Notes: a model not told the origin generated them from the letters alone. 64,000 nucleotides of DNA from Mobula hypostoma (GCF_963921235.1 NC_086109.1:26352001-26416000), one strand, 5' to 3'; counted from the first letter of the stretch, positions 1-14,080 are shown. Translations and numbers: made by a program.

Positions 1-2409
1 GCTCAAATCTTTAAAATGACTAGATATTAATGACAATCATAATTACTCATTCTGGGACCAATTATTAGTTTTTCTTTTCCCCAGAATTATGGTTTAAGTT
101 TTTAAATAATGAAACTAAAAGACTCAACAACTTGAAGATATCACCAGCATGTGTCAAAAATACGGCACTGAAATGGAAGGACACATGGTTCAAATACAAT
201 TTCTTAATGTGACCAAAATTTGAATTGTTTTTATTGCTGGGTGTTGCTGTTTCTCTTTCTTAATCCTCAGCACCTCTTCTTGAGAGAGTCATCTTACACA
301 GGCTAATGCATCTCTTCTAAATTGCATGACTTCTGCTTCAAACACCAAACAAAACTGAAAACCTGAAAATCACCTTGGAAGCTATGCTTCTGCCTTAAAA
401 CCAACAATATCCAAGAAGAGTATATGCTTTTATCCCAGTTATCCAGTGTGAATATCTGCAGTAATTATTTTGATCAAGCAATTGGCTGTTTAGCTAATAT
501 TAAGAAATTAGTATTTACTGCTGATAAGTTTTAGTTTAATCATTATATAAAACACTTGTAGTTCCCAATTTATCTTCTTGCTGTCCGGAAAATGGCTGGA
601 TTGCATAAAGGAAGGCAATCTCAATTCACTCTGCTTCACTGCTAAACACGCTGGTATGTCATCTGCAGGTATGCAGAGCAAATTTTAGCAATATTAATAC
701 GATAGGAAGTAAGTTATAGAATATCTTTTGCATAATGAAATTTCTTAAGGACTTCACAGGACAAAGTTTGAACTACATTGGCCAAAAGCATGGTGAATAA
801 GGTCATCGTAAGGAGAGCCTTCAAGGAGGTGAAGAAGCAGTGAGATTTGGGGTTTAGCGCCAAAATGGTTGAAGACGCAACCACCAAACAGAAACCTTCC
901 AGAAACAAAATAACCACTAAAAAAACCTGAAGTAGCTTTATGATGTGCTTGCAGAAAGCAGGGCTATATTTATAACAAAAATCTTGCCACTCATTTGCAT
1001 ACAAAGGAATGAATTCTTATTTAAATAAAGGAACCTAATTAGGATTTTGGAAGCTCTGTTTGAGAGAAGGCTGCACAGCTTCATTCAACATGTTTTACAA
1101 TACACCAGAAGGAGTAGTTTTTGCCTCAACCTCCAAAAGTATTTAGTTGGAATTTGGGGAAATGTTGTCCATGATTTGCTGCTAAATTACAAATAATTTG
1201 TTTCGAATGTTAACATGCTTGTCTTTTCCATAGTTTCTTTTTGCATTCCAATATTAGTTGGCTTTATAATTCATGTTGTTTTTAAGCACAGTGCATGCCA
1301 GAAAAAGATATTGTTGTAAAAGTCCTACTTTGAGGCTGATTCAATTAAAGATGTGTATCTCAAAGGGTTTTTTGATTCTATACATGTGCCGTTTTTCTGT
1401 ATGGAAGTGCTTTACATATGTAGAGCAAAATATGTGCTTTCTTCCACTAAGTTTAATCTTGGCTGATGAATGATCCCAAGATATTTTAATTGGCTTCCAA
1501 AATTGTAAAGAAATTTATAAATGTGGTTGTTTACTCATCACCTAATGTAATGAGCCACCAGCTCTGAACCCACTTCAAAGTCAGTCAGTATTATCATTGA
1601 CCTCCTTGAAGGCATTTGCTTTATTGAGGGTGAGGTTGTGGTGATTACTACCTACACGTTAATTCCTCATAATACTGGAGTCATATTGAATGGAACTCAA
1701 ATTTGCCCTTAGCATTATTGCAACATGCAAATATTTTTCTAAAAGAATAGTGCAAATATTGCACGCTGGACGTACTGTCTTGATTAGAAGAAATCTGAAC
1801 TTTGTCTTGAATGTTAGGGTTGCATTGGAAGGGCTTGTGCAGTTGCAAAGGGAATATAAGCTTATCTTCACCTGCTGAGATGAATACCTGTTCTGAGCTA
1901 ATTACTGTAGCTGTCCAAGCTAATGACGGTTGACTTCAATTAGTCCATGCATAATTCTATTTGCATTGCAAAGTAAGGTCTTGTACTTAATACTCTCCAG
2001 AAAGACTATTTATTTTCAAATAGGACCATCTTTTGACTATAAAATATAGTTACTATATTCACACTTATTCTAATTGTTTACCACTTCAAAATGTGTTATT
2101 GAATCAGATCTCAGTATTGTAAAACTATAAATTTGTGCAAACCATCAATTTGAATTATTGCAGCAGAAATGCTAAGGATTAGCAAGTCATGCTCAGTATA
2201 CATTTCGTCATGAAATATTCTCTCTCCTTGGGAGAGAAGTAACCACTCCCTGTGAATAAATCATAAAAGCATCCAGCCTTTTGATAGTGAGTTTGAAAAA
2301 TCTATATACTCAGCAATTACATGATCTGCAGAAGGAATATTCCCTTTGTTTAAACTCTACTTTGCTACTGCTGAAAGTCTCATAGATTGATCACTATCCA
2401 AGACCAGTT

Positions 2410-2845
2410 CAAGGTTATTGTCAAAGTGCATATATCTCACCCCATTGTATGTTGAGATTCATTTTCTTGTGGCATTCTATAGAAAACAGATCTCTCGGAT
2501 AATAATTAACAGAATCAATGAAAGATGACCCTACTAGGGCATTCAAACAGAGTGCAGAAGAGAACAAATTGTGCAAATACAAAAAGAAGAATCAGCAATA
2601 AAAAATAAATAAGCAATAAATATCAAGAACATGAGATGGAAATTCCTGGAAAGTGAGTCTATTGGTTTCAATGATGAGGCAAGTGAAGTTGAGTAAATCT
2701 GATGGCCGAGGGATAATAACTGTTCCTGAACCTGGTGGTGCGAGGTCTGAGGCTCTTGTACCTTTTTCCTGAAGGCAGCAGTGAGAAGTGAGCATGTCCT
2801 GGGTGGTGGAGCTCCCTGATGATGGATGCTGCTTTCCTGTGACAG
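2410..2845 (-). mobile_element. Rex1/Babar-type LINE 3' fragment
   Basis: Minus strand reads approximately RKAASIIRELHHPGHAHFSLLPSGKRYKSLRPRTTRFRNSY, the C-terminus seen in the other Rex1-like copies here, followed by the shared 3' UTR tail. Confidence 0.8.
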
Positions 2846-3168
2846 CAATCTTCATTGCTGTCATGAACACCAATCAGGTCAAAGTTTGTGATATCAAAAT
2901 AATTTGTGTTCAGATTTCACTCACTGAACTTCTCAACCTGTGTTTGTTCTGACTTCCTTTCTCTTGGATTATGAAGACATGCAGTCCTCTTTTATTGTCG
3001 TTTAGTAATGCATGCATTAAGAAATGATACAATATTTCCTCTGGTGTGATATCACAAAATTTGGATAGATTTCCATTCACTAGTTATTGTCCTCTGATAA
3101 CGTTGCCTGCTTAAGAGGACAGGAATCAGAATCAGGTTTATTGTCTCTGACAGATGTGAAATTTGTTG

Positions 3169-3618
3169 CACTCACAACACACTGGAGGAACTCAGCAGGT
3201 CGGGCAGTATCCGTGGAAAAGATCGGTCGACATTTCGGGCTGGAACCCTTCATCAGGACTGTAGAGGGAAGGGGCAGAGGCCCTATAAAGAAGGTGGGGA
3301 GAGCGTGGGAAGGAGAAGGCTGGTAGGTTCCAGTTGAAAAACCAGTAAGGGAAAAGATAAAGGGGTGGGGGAGGGGCAGCAGGGAGGTGATAGGCAGGAA
3401 AGGTGAAGAAGGAATAGGGGAAAACACAGTGGGTAGTAGAAGGAGGCGGAACCATGAAGGAGATGATAGGCAGCTGGGGGAGAGGGCAGAGTGACATAGG
3501 GATAGAAGAAGGGAGGGGGAGGGAATTACCAAAAGTTGGAGAATTCTATGTTCATACCAAGGGGCTGGAGACTACCTAGACGGTATATGAGGTGTTGCTC
3601 CTCCAACCTGAGTGAAAT
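3169..3618 (-). mobile_element. 5'-truncated Penelope-like element inserted into a Rex1-type tail (3123-3830)
   Basis: End of the GIY-YIG ORF, purine-rich spacer and a terminal repeat with hammerhead motif. 14-bp TSD TGTGAAATTTGTTG at 3155-3168 and 3619-3632. Confidence 0.85.
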
Positions 3619-4654
3619 TGTGAAATTTGTTGTTTTGCTGCAGCAGTGCAGTGCAATTCATAAAAAAATACTAAGATACTATACAGAAAAAAGTAGCAAG
3701 GAAGACAAATAATGAGGTAGTGTTCATGAACCATTCAGAAATTGATGGTGAAGACAAAGAAGCTGTATTAAAAACATAGAGAGCAGGTCTTCAGGCTCCT
3801 GTACTTCCTCCTTGATGGCAGTATATGAAAAGGAAATTAGTCATATGACAGATATCTGCCCAGATTTGGACATGCTCAATAAAAGTAACTTATCTTCAGA
3901 TCTTCTTTCTCTCCTGTGCAACACGATTTTTCCCACAATGACATACAGTAGCTGAAATCAGGAGCTTAACTTCTGAGGAGTCTGGATGCAATTATAGAAA
4001 ATAACATTCTCCCTATTTTGCCAATCAATAATTTGGCAGCTTTTTTTTTCTTTTAAAAACGTAAGTTTTATTTAGTAATTTTGTTAATTTATAAAAGTGT
4101 ATTTTAAATTTGTTTTCTGTAATTAGTAAGACCATTTGTCTTCAATCAGTCTAGAACTGTGTTGTCAATGGTCATCTGGGTAGTTGAGGAAAATAAATTA
4201 TTTTAAGTAGCTGAATACAATGAAATGGCCTTAGCCAAAGGGAAAACAAAAGACAGATATTGAACTTTCTGCTTAGTTCAAGTACATTTCTGAAACTTTT
4301 CCAGCTGAATTGCTTTCCTCAACAGGCAAACCACCAATAGGTTATGACTGGATCTCAGGTTGTGAAACAATGGCAAAACAAATATTTATCTTTAAACTAC
4401 ATAGTAACCTTTCATTGATATTTAATGATGTAACTTCATAATGGGATCACTTAAAAGGTGTCAGTGTACACATTCATTATTTAATTTTGGATACAAATGC
4501 AGCAGATTTCTAACACTTTTAGTGTGTTACTGTCAACATGCCTGCTCTGCAGTCAACCAGAAATATGATTAGGCTGGTAATAATCTTAGGTATGGAACTC
4601 TCAATTTATGACATTATATAAATGGAGCATGAATTTGCTTAGGATAATCATTTT

Positions 4655-4860
4655 GAGGTTCCCACATACTAAAGGCATGCAGGTCGGTAGGTTAATTAGC
4701 CACGGTAAATTGCCTCGAGTTTGTAGGTGAGTGGTTGAAACAGAGGGGGGTTGACAGGTATGTGAGGAGAATGAAATAGGATTAGTATAAATGGGTGTTT
4801 TATAGATGGTGTGGACTCAGTGGATCCAATAATCTGGTTCCATTTCTGTATGGCTCAATA
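4655..4860 (+). mobile_element. HE1-like (elasmobranch tRNA-derived) SINE fragment
   Basis: Motif AAAGGCATGCAGGTCGGTAGGTTAATTAGCC is shared with other SINE copies in the window, plus a CR1-like tail. Confidence 0.6.
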
Positions 4861-5081
4861 ACTAAAATTGCAAGCAACTCGGCATCATTTTAATATATTC
4901 AGCATACATATGATAAAATTACGGAATTTCCAGCTTTCTATACTCTGAAATAGTCTTATCATCTACATTTTATTCTACATTATTTGCTCAAATTCACAAT
5001 AAAATAATGAAGGAAACTTTTTCGTGCTTCAATTTGAAATGAAATATATTTTTATCATTTGATATCTAATTTACTCATAAT

Positions 5082-5376
5082 TGACCAAGTGGTTAAGGCG
5101 TCGGTCTAGTGAACTGAAGATCGCTAGTTCGAGCCTCAGCTGAGGCAGTGTGTTGTGTCCTTGAGCAAGGGACTTAACCACATATTGCTCTGGGACGACA
5201 CCAGTGCCAAGCTGTATGGGCCCTAGTGCCCCTCCCTTGGACAACACTGGTGGTGTGGAGAGGGGAGACTTGCAGCATAGACAAATGCTGGTCTTCCTTA
5301 CAACCTTGCCCAGGCCTGCGCCCTGGAAACCTTCCAAGGCGCAAATCCATGGTCTCACAAGACTAACGGATGCCTG
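5082..5376 (+). mobile_element. tRNA-derived CORE-like SINE
   Basis: A-box GACCAAGTGG, B-box GTTCGAGCC, central TGTGTCCTTGAGCAAGGGACTTAACC. Same head as 55540-55830. Confidence 0.75.
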
Positions 5377-5579
5377 TTACTTATATAGAGAAAGAAGGTT
5401 TTTGCTTCAGGATCTTTCTGTCTTATATTAGACCTGCCTTTGGTTTTGTCCACAGTACCATTGTAAAAGACTATTCTGCAGTCAATTCAGAGTACAATGG
5501 AGGGTGGAGCAAATTCACCAAATGCTGGTAACCCAACGTGGGTTTGCTTCAAGAAGTAAAGGACATTGTCAATTAGCAT

Positions 5580-5767
5580 CACACCCAAAATGCTGGACGA
5601 ACTCAGCAGGCCAGGCAGCATCAATGGAAAAAAAGTACAATCAATGTTTCGGGCCAAAACGTCAACTGTACTTTTTTCTATAGGTGCTGCCTGGCCAGCT
5701 GAGTTCCTCCAGCATTTTGTCTGTGTTACTCGGATTTCTAGCATCTGCAGATTTTCTCATGTTTGTG
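5580..5767. mobile_element. Foldback (inverted) mini Penelope-like insertion
   Basis: Two inverted terminal-repeat arms meet at TTTCGGGCCAAAA. 9-bp TSD AATTAGCAT at 5571-5579 and 5768-5776. Confidence 0.8.
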
Positions 5768-5889
5768 AATTAGCATACCTTCTGAAGGGAGTGGGACTTG
5801 AATTACTTTTATCCTGAGGGGAAATGCTAAGCTGAGGCATTCAGGGTATTTTATAAGCTACACCCTATCAGAAACTCAAGGCCTTCAGC

Positions 5890-6415
5890 CAATGCTGGAT
5901 ATCCAAAGCAAAACACACAAAATGCTGGAGGAACTTGGCAGGTCAGGCAGTACCGATGGAAAGGAATAAACAGTCGACAGTTTGGGGTGAGATCCTTCTT
6001 CAGGACTGGAAAGGAGTGGGAAGAATCCAGGATAAAAAGGTGGAGGGAGGAAGAGGATAGCTAGAAGATGATAGGTGGAACTAGGTGGGTAGAAAAGATA
6101 AAGGGTTGGAGAGGAAGGAATCTGATAAGAGAGGAAAGTGGACCATAAGAGAAAGGGAAGGAGGACGGGACCCAAGGGAAGATGATCGCAGGTGAGAAGA
6201 GTAAGAGGCCAAAGTTGGGAATAGAAGAAGTAGTGAAGGGGAGGGAAATTTCTTTTAATTGGAAGGAGAAATTGATATTCATACCATCAGGTTGGCAGCT
6301 ACCCAGATGGAATGTAAGGTGTTGCACCTCCACCCTGAGGGTGGCCTCATCCTGGCACAAGAGGGAGGCCACGGATGGACGTGTCAGAACAGGAATGGAA
6401 ATCAGAATTAAAATA
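5890..6415 (-). mobile_element. Penelope-like element 3' fragment
   Basis: ORF 6061-6372 LLCQDEATLRVEVQHLTFHLGSCQPDGMNINFS is the GIY-YIG C-terminus, followed by a terminal repeat. Confidence 0.85.
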
Positions 6416-6699
6416 CACTGAAACAGGTAGAAAGGTAGTGTGACCTCCGAAAGTTTTTGATCTGGGCATATATGTCTGTTTAATTTGTCGTAGTGGTATT
6501 TTCTTTCAATCCTATGAATATATTTCGGTTTTTACCAATTTTTACTGCTTTGCGGAAATGGGACCCGTTCTCAGGGCCCCACAACCGGCCACTTTTCGAT
6601 ATACCAAGGATGTGGCCTGGAAGTGTAGTGCGCCTTCAAGGTACCGGATCTTCATGGTTCTGGAGACGGGCTGACTCAAGGCCGGTGCTGCTGTCTAAT

Positions 6700-9600
6700 G
6701 TCAGGAGAGTGAAGGGCAAGAGTCAGATGCTAGAGAGTACCCCTGTGGATGTACCCCTTAACAATAAGTACATCTGTTTAAGTACTGTTGTGGGGGGTGG
6801 GCGGACGGCCTACCTGGGGGAAGCAACAGTGGCTGCACCTCTGGCACAGAGTCTGGCCCTGTGGCTCAGAAGGGTAGGGAAAGGAAGAGGATGGCAGCAG
6901 TGATAGGGGACTCTATAGTTAGGGGGTCAGACGGGCGATTCTGTGGACACAGGAAAGAAACACGGATGGTAGTTTGCCTCCCAGGTGCCAGGATCCAGGA
7001 TGTTTCTGATCGCGCCCACAATATCCTGAAGTGGGAAGGAAAACAGCCAGAGGTTGTGGTACATATTGGTACCAATGACATAGGTAGGAAAAGGGAGGAA
7101 GTACTGAAAACAGACTACAGGGAGTTAGGAAGGAAGTTGAGAAGCAGGACCTCAAAGGTAGTAATCTTGGGATTTCTGCCTGTGCCATGCCACAGTGAGT
7201 ATAGGAGTAGAATGAGGTGGAGGATGAATGACTGAGAGACTGGAGCGGGGGCAGGGATTCAGATTTCTGGATCATTGGGACTGCTTTTCAGGCCGACATG
7301 ACCTGTACAAAAAGGACAGGTTGCACTTGAATCCCAGGGGGACCAATATCCTGGTTGGGAAGTTTGCTAAAGCTGTTTAAGCTAGAATTGCTGGGGGGTG
7401 GGAACTGAACTGAAGAGATGGAGGAAGAGGTGGTTGGCTCACAAATAGAGAAAGCTTGGAGACAGTGCGAAAGGAGGATAGGCAGGTGATAGAGAAGGGA
7501 CGCGCTCAGACCGATGGTTTGAGATGTGTCTATTTTAATGCAAGGAGTATTATAAGCAAAGCGGATGAGCTTAGAGCATGGATCAGCACTTGGAGCTATG
7601 ACGTTGTGGCCCTTATAGAGACTCGGATGGTTCAGGGGCAGGAATGGTTACTTCGAGTGCCAGGCTTTAGATGTTTCAGAAAGTTCAGGGAGGGAGGCAA
7701 AAGAGGTGGGGACGTGGCACTGTTGATCAGAGATAGTGTCATGGCTGCAGAAAAGGAGGAAGTCATGGAGGGATTGTCTGCGGAGTCTCTGTAGGTGGAA
7801 GTTAGGAACAGGAAGGGGTCAATGATTCTATTGGGTGTTTTTTATAGACCACCCAATAGTAACAGGGACATCAAGGAGCAGACAGGGAGACAGATTCTGG
7901 AAAGGTGTAATAATAACAGGGTTGTTGTGGTGGGAGATTTTAATTTCCCAAATATTGATTGGCATGTCCCTTGAGCGAGGGGTTTAGATGAGGTGGAGTT
8001 TGTTAGCTGTGTCAGGAAGATTTTTTGACACAGTATGTAGATAAGCATACAAGAGGAGAGGCTGTACTTGATCTGGTATTGGGAAATGAACTGTCAGATT
8101 TCTCAGTGGGAGAGCATTTTGGAGATAGTGATCATAATTTTTATCTCCTTTACCATTGCATTGGAGAGGGACAGGAACAGACAAGTTAGGAAAGTGTTTA
8201 ATTGGAGTAAGGGGAAATATGAAGCTATCAGGCAGGAACTTGGATGCATAAATTAGAAACAAATGTTCTCAGGGAAACATACAGAAGAAATGAGGCAAAT
8301 GTTCAGTGGATATTTGAGTGGAATTCTGCATAGGTACGTTCCAATGAGACAGGGAAAGGATGGTAAGGTACAGGAACTGTGGTGCACAAAGGCTGTTGTA
8401 AATCTAGTCCAGAAGAGCTTATGAAAGGTTCAAAAAACTAGGTGGAGATCTAGAATATTATAAGGCTAGCAGGAAGGAGCTTAAGAATGAAATTAGGAGA
8501 ACCAGAAGGGGCCATGAGAAGGCCTTGGTGAACAGGATTAGGGAAGACCCAAAGGCAGTCTACAGGTATGTAAAGAGCAAGAGGATGAGGCGTGGAAGAA
8601 TAGGACCAATCAAGTGTGACAGTGGAAAAGTGTGTATGGAACCGGCAGAAATAGCAGAGGTATTTAATGAATACTTTGCTTCAGTATTCACTACAGAAAA
8701 GAATCTTGTGATTGCAGGGATGACTTACAGCGGACTGAAAAGCATGAGCATATAGATATTAAGAAAGAGGATGTGCTGGAGCTTTTGGAAAGCATCAAGT
8801 TTGATAAGTCACCGGGACCAGACAAGATGTACCCTGGGATACTGTGGGAGGTGAGGGAGGAGATTGCAGAGCCTCTGGCGATTATCTTTGCATCATCAAT
8901 GGGGATGGGAAAGGTTCTGGAGGATTGGAACTTTGGGGATGTTGTTCACTTATTCAAGAAAGGGAGTAGAGACAGCCCAGGAAATTATAGGCCAGTAAGT
9001 CTACTTCAGTGGTTGGTAAGTTGATGGAAAAGATCCTGAGAGGCAGGATTTATGAACATTTGAAGAGGCATAACATGATTAGGAATAGTCAGCATGGCTT
9101 TGTCAAAGGCAGGTCGTGCCTTACCAGCCTGATTGAATTTTTTGAGGATATGACTAAACACATTGATGAAGGAGGAGCAGTAGATGTAGTGCATATGGAT
9201 TTCAGCAAGGCATTTGACAAGGTACCCCATGCAAGGCTTATTGAGAAAGTAAGAAGGCATGGGATCCAAGGGGACATTGCTTTGTGGATCCAGAACTGGC
9301 TTGCCCACAGAAGGCAAAGAGTGGTTGTAGACAGGTCATATTCTGCATGGAGGTCAGTGACCAGCGGTGTGCCTCAGGGATCTGTTCTGGGACCCCTACT
9401 CTTTGGAGTTTTATAAATGACCTGGATGATGAATTGGAGGGATGGGTTAGTAAATTTGCTGATGACACAAAGGTTGGGGGTGCTGTGGATAGTGTGGAGG
9501 GCTGTCAGAGTTTACAGCGGGACATTGATAGGATGCAAAACTGGGCTGAGAAATGGCAGATGGAGTTCAACCCAGTTAAGTGTGAGGTGGTTCACTTTGG

Positions 9601-9918
9601 TGGGTCAATTATGATGGCAGAATATAGAATTAATGGTAATACTCTCGGCAGTGTGGAGTATCAGTGGGATCTTGGGGTCCAAGTCCATAGGACACTCAAA
9701 GCTGCTGCCTTAAGAGTGGTGAGTGCGTGGAATAGGCTGCCGGCATTGGTGGTGGAGGTAAATACAATAGAGTCTTTTAAGAGACTCCTGGATAGGTTCA
9801 TTGAGCTTAGAAATTAGAGGGCTATGGGTAACCCTAGGTAATTTCTAAGGTAAGGACATGTTCAACGCAGTTTTGTGGACTGAAGGGCCTGTACTGTGCT
9901 GTAGGTTTTCTATGTTTC
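6700..9918 (+). mobile_element. CR1 (HER1-like) LINE, decayed: ORF1 SGNH esterase and ORF2 APE-RT
   Basis: VIGDSIVRG...VVHIGTNDIG (esterase), CVYFNARSI and VVVGDFNFP (APE), PGNYRPVSL, DFSKAFDKVPH, GVPQGSVLGP, KFADDTKVGG (RT). Many stops and frameshifts, a deletion near 9710, and a CR1 3' tail. Confidence 0.93.
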
Positions 9919-9919
9919 T

Positions 9920-10445
9920 TTGTGTCGTGGGAGTACACGGAAGATCGAAAGCAGAGAGCTGGCTGCTGTCTGTGTGCTCAGGGACCCAAGTTCTTTGAGC
10001 ACTGAACTCGGAAGAAGTGATGCAATGGACTTTTAACACCATAAATCAGCGGGTTCTTTTGTTATGTCTCCCCTTTCGCTGTGAAATGGGGACATCTCTT
10101 TTACCCTCATTAGGGAGAGAGCCTGTGGTACGTCAAATTGCCGGGTGAACGAGTAGTCTTTGGGGTACTGCAAGACTGTGTCTTTATTGATGCTTTGCTG
10201 CAGCTTGAGTGCTCGGTGGAGGGTGCCGATGCTTTTTTGCTGGTGGGGTGGGGGGGGTCGTTGCTTTGCTGCTGCTTATGTGTGGGAGGGGGGAATTGGT
10301 GGGGGCTTTGGGGTTCAAACATTTGACTGTAATTCATTCATTCTTTGAAGCACTCCTCTGTTTTCGTGGATGTTTGCAAAGAAAAAAAAAATCAGGATGT
10401 ATATTGTATACATTTTTCTGACATTAAACGTACCTTTTGAAACTA
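9920..10445 (+). mobile_element. Non-coding non-autonomous retroposon with Rex1-like tail; its 5' part is probably about 6440-6700, split off by the CR1
   Basis: 3' end (…TGTATATTGTATACATTTTTCTGACATTAAA…) matches the reverse-oriented copy at 56135-56985. Confidence 0.55.
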
Positions 10446-10629
10446 TTGCTTTTTACCAATAGTTTCTTCCTTAATCATTTTAATTCCAATTTAAAAAACA
10501 TAAGACAGTAGAAAAGAATGCATGGCTTTGATACTTCTTTTTTGATTTCCTGTCCTCCTTATCTATCTAGAAATGTGTTCAGACTTCCATTAAATGATAA
10601 CGCAGTGGACTAGTAGTTTCCAACCCTTC

Positions 10630-11012
10630 AAAAAAGTTCAAAGTTTGAAGTAAATTAATTATCAAAGTACATACATGTCACCATATATTACACTGAGATT
10701 TACTTTCCTGCCAGTATTCACAGTAAATACAAAGACACAAAACACACACAAACACAGACAGACAAACATCGAAGGTGCAACAGAAAACAAACTGTGCAAA
10801 TGCAAAATGAGAAAGAAAAAGACAAACAATAAATTAAAAAAGCAATAAATATCAGAACATGAGCTGTTGAGTCCATAGGTTGTGCAATCAGTTCAGTATT
10901 GGGCTGAGTGAAGTTATCCTCTCTGGTTCCTCTCTAGGTTCCTCTATCCTCTTTGCTTGATATTTGAGGGGTAATAACAGGAACTAAACCTGTTACTAAA
11001 CCTGGTGGTGTG
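10630..11012 (-). mobile_element. Rex1/Babar-type 3' tail fragment
   Basis: Similar to 2410-2845 and 28800-29098. Confidence 0.7.
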
Positions 11013-11454
11013 GAAAAGAAGGGTCTTGGCCCAAAATGTCAACTGATTACTCTCTTGCATTGAGTTCCTCCAGCATTTTGTGTGTGTTGCAGTGAAAATG
11101 CTTGCCTGTTTCATCTCCATAAACACTTCATGATGTCATAGGCTACTCCTTTTAATGAGTTGGACCTATCTTAGGGGATTCCTCCAGTTATGTATATTAT
11201 TTGTTTGTAGCCTTTTTTTTGTGAAATTTTCTAACACTTCTATATTATTATAACCTTACAGCTTCCTTTTCCTAGTTGTAACTTGTGAAACCATCCACCC
11301 ACTCCACCTCAGAAAGATAGGCCACAGGATGAGAACCGCTGTCATATACTCTGCTCAATACTGACTCAAAAACAATTGAGTTACTCTGGTTTTGTTACAT
11401 GATTTTAGTACTCTGATTACCATAACATAATCATAATGAAGAAGCATTAAAGTT

Positions 11455-11955
11455 ACAATGTATAAGTCTTTGATGAGACCGCACTTGCTGGATTTCTGGT
11501 CACCCTGTTGTAGGACATGTGCTAAGTATGCAGGAAAGATTCACGAGAATGTCACCTGATTAGAGGGCTCGTACTATAATGAGAAGCTCAATAGTCTGGG
11601 AATTTTTTTCCCAGGAGGGCTGGAAGTTGGGAGGTAACTTTACAGAGGTATACAAAATCATGATAGGCTTAAATGTAGTGGATACTCATCAGGATAGGGA
11701 GACTGAAATGAGAGGGCATAGATTTAAGAGGAGGGCAATTTTTCACAGAGTGGTTGGTATATGGAATCAGCAGCCAAACACACTGCAGAGGTGGGTACAA
11801 TTCCAACGTTTAAAAGATGTTTGAAGAAGTTGACGTACAGAAGAGGCCTAGAGGAATGTACTATAAATCAAATGCAGACACATGGGATTAGCTGAGAGAG
11901 ACATCCTGGTTGACATGGGTGAGTTGGGACAACGAGTATGTGTCCATGACTCTAT
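11455..11955 (+). mobile_element. Old CR1 3' fragment
   Basis: EVYKIMIGL, MRGHRFK and RVVGIWNQ motifs plus a CR1 tail. Confidence 0.75.
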
Positions 11956-12299
11956 GGCATATAAACTAGTTGCTGGAAGGTTTACTACAATTTCTCAGTG
12001 ACTTTTTGTCAGTAATTGTTTGTCTACCATTCTGTATATCATCAAAAAAGGGCATTTCTATAAATTCAGCTGTGTGAGTAAATTATCCCTTCTAAAAAAA
12101 TAGAAGAGGCATTTGACATTTAAGTAACATCAGAAGTATGTTAAAGGATAATTAGAAAGAGCCAGTACATTTTGCCTGTAGTTACGAATTAAAAAGAGAC
12201 AGGTTAGATGATGGATTCAAGCTGTTCAAGTTTTTCCAATGAATCTGCCTTTCATCAGTTCCACTGGTGATAGCACATGCTTTTGCCTATCAAAGCCTG

Positions 12300-13750
12300 A
12301 GATGGATTAAGATTTATTGGGGCCCTGGGCAAAGAGAAAATTGAAGATCCCCTCCCAAATATAATTAAAAGCATAAAACTATTAAAAAGTATTGATACAT
12401 AAAACATAAATAAAGAAAGCAAAACTTTCAATTTCATACTAACCTCAATTTTGACATACAAAATTAAACAAAACAGCTGCCTTGGAAAATGACTTCGATG
12501 TATAACTTTTTCTTTAATTAGTGTTTTACATTGTTCCTGCACTCTGCTAAACAATTACAATAAAATAAGGGCTAAACCAATAGTCCTGAGTAAAGACTAA
12601 AATTACCATTGATTACTGCTGAAGTTAAGTTAAAGCATTTGTCCAATAAAGTACATCTGAATGTTTTTACTTAAACATTCCTGAAACATCAACCAGATGC
12701 TAAGTTGCTTATTTGGTCAACTTCTCTCTCACTATAGCTGTGTTCTGTGTACAACCACCATATAAACAAAATGTGCAAAAATACAAAAAATTAAATTTCA
12801 TGAGAATGTTACTTCTTGCCATTTAAAAGATTAGCTTCTTGACACTGAGAAAGGGGAATATCTTGTGCAATGTCATCAAGATCAAATTGTTGCATCAGTA
12901 CTAATTCAACTGCCATCAGGCACCTCTGGGCATTTTAGATATCAGTTAACTCTTTAACCTTGCTATTGTCAAGAAAGCATGTTTTCTGTCACAGTCTGCA
13001 ACTGACAGGGTTAGTAGAGGTCTAGGAATAATGGATGTACTGGGGAACATTGACTGAAGGCAACTTTCCAATAAAAGTATAATTTTGCAAGAGGTTTGCC
13101 TGGTTTGTTTGGTTAAAAGAATTTGAACTGGATGTATTCATTAGGGAAGTTCTGCTTCAAGTCATAGGGGTAAATTGCAGCAAGTTCATTCGGACACTTC
13201 TAAATGCCAGTAAAGATAAACAAGTTGTGTTGAAACTGTACTTAATGAATCTTAAAGGCATCCAGTTGACATTGCAGAAATGTTAATACTCGGCAACTAA
13301 AAATGATAATAATGAGTGCGAATAATAATGAATTGGGGAAGTTTTCAAAGTAAAACCTTTGGAGCTCATCAAAGTCTCAAGTTCTCTAGATTCATCTGCC
13401 CCCTACTTTTGGGTACGAGTCAGATCACATTGATAATTTTGTGTTTTTGCACCATTTTTAAACTACTAGAATTCATCATGCAGGAAAGTCACAAATGACT
13501 GAAGTCATTGCCTCCAATGAACTGCATCTTTCTAGACAACATCATGCTTCAGCAGAAGAAAACTGGTCACTTTAAAACATTAAGAATAGTTGTCACAAAA
13601 TTATGCCACAAATATGGATTCCAATTGGGTCTTCTTGTTCTGATGGAAAACAGTTTCCAATCGTGGTATGTGACTGGTTCATGTATTTGAGAGGAATTTC
13701 AATGGGCTTCCTGAATTGCATTGTAATTGAATGCAGGACCTTCCTGGAAT
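12300..13750 (-). mobile_element. Highly decayed hAT DNA transposon (ZMYM1-like transposase C-terminus and probable terminus)
   Basis: Minus strand near 12840-13015 reads LTLSVADCDRKHAFLTIARLKS*LISKM, resembling the hAT dimerization motif LTLPVT.AS.ERSFS.LK.IK.YLRS.M. A GGGGCCCTGGGC terminal-type motif lies at about 12318. Confidence 0.55.
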
Positions 13751-13954
13751 CTGCATAAAAGCTGACGTAACTTTGAATATTGAGAATGACTGAGCAATAC
13801 AGTGATGATCATGGTGCTACTACTTCAGGAACCTGGGTCTTTGTGAGTTTGCCCATTCTTTCTATGACCATGTAGATTTCCTCCGGTTTCTTGCCATATT
13901 CTGAAGGCATCCTGGTAAGTTTATTGCCTACAGTAAAGGGTCAGTAACTTTAAC

Positions 13955-14080
13955 CCAAACAAGAGAAAATCAGCAGATGCTGGAAATTCAAGCAACACAA
14001 TATGTTGAAGGAATTCAGCAGGCCAGACAGCATCAATGCAAAAGAGTACAGGCGACATTTCGGGTCGAGACCCTTCTGCG
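13955..14080 (-). mobile_element. Penelope terminal repeat fragment
   Basis: GGAATTCAGCAGGCCAGACAGCATC…TTTCGGGTCGAGACCCTTC matches the other terminal-repeat copies. Confidence 0.75.

Noticed and set aside
5082..5155. tRNA gene (also 55545-55610)
   Set aside because: The A and B boxes are followed by SINE core and tail, and there is no intact cloverleaf or terminator.
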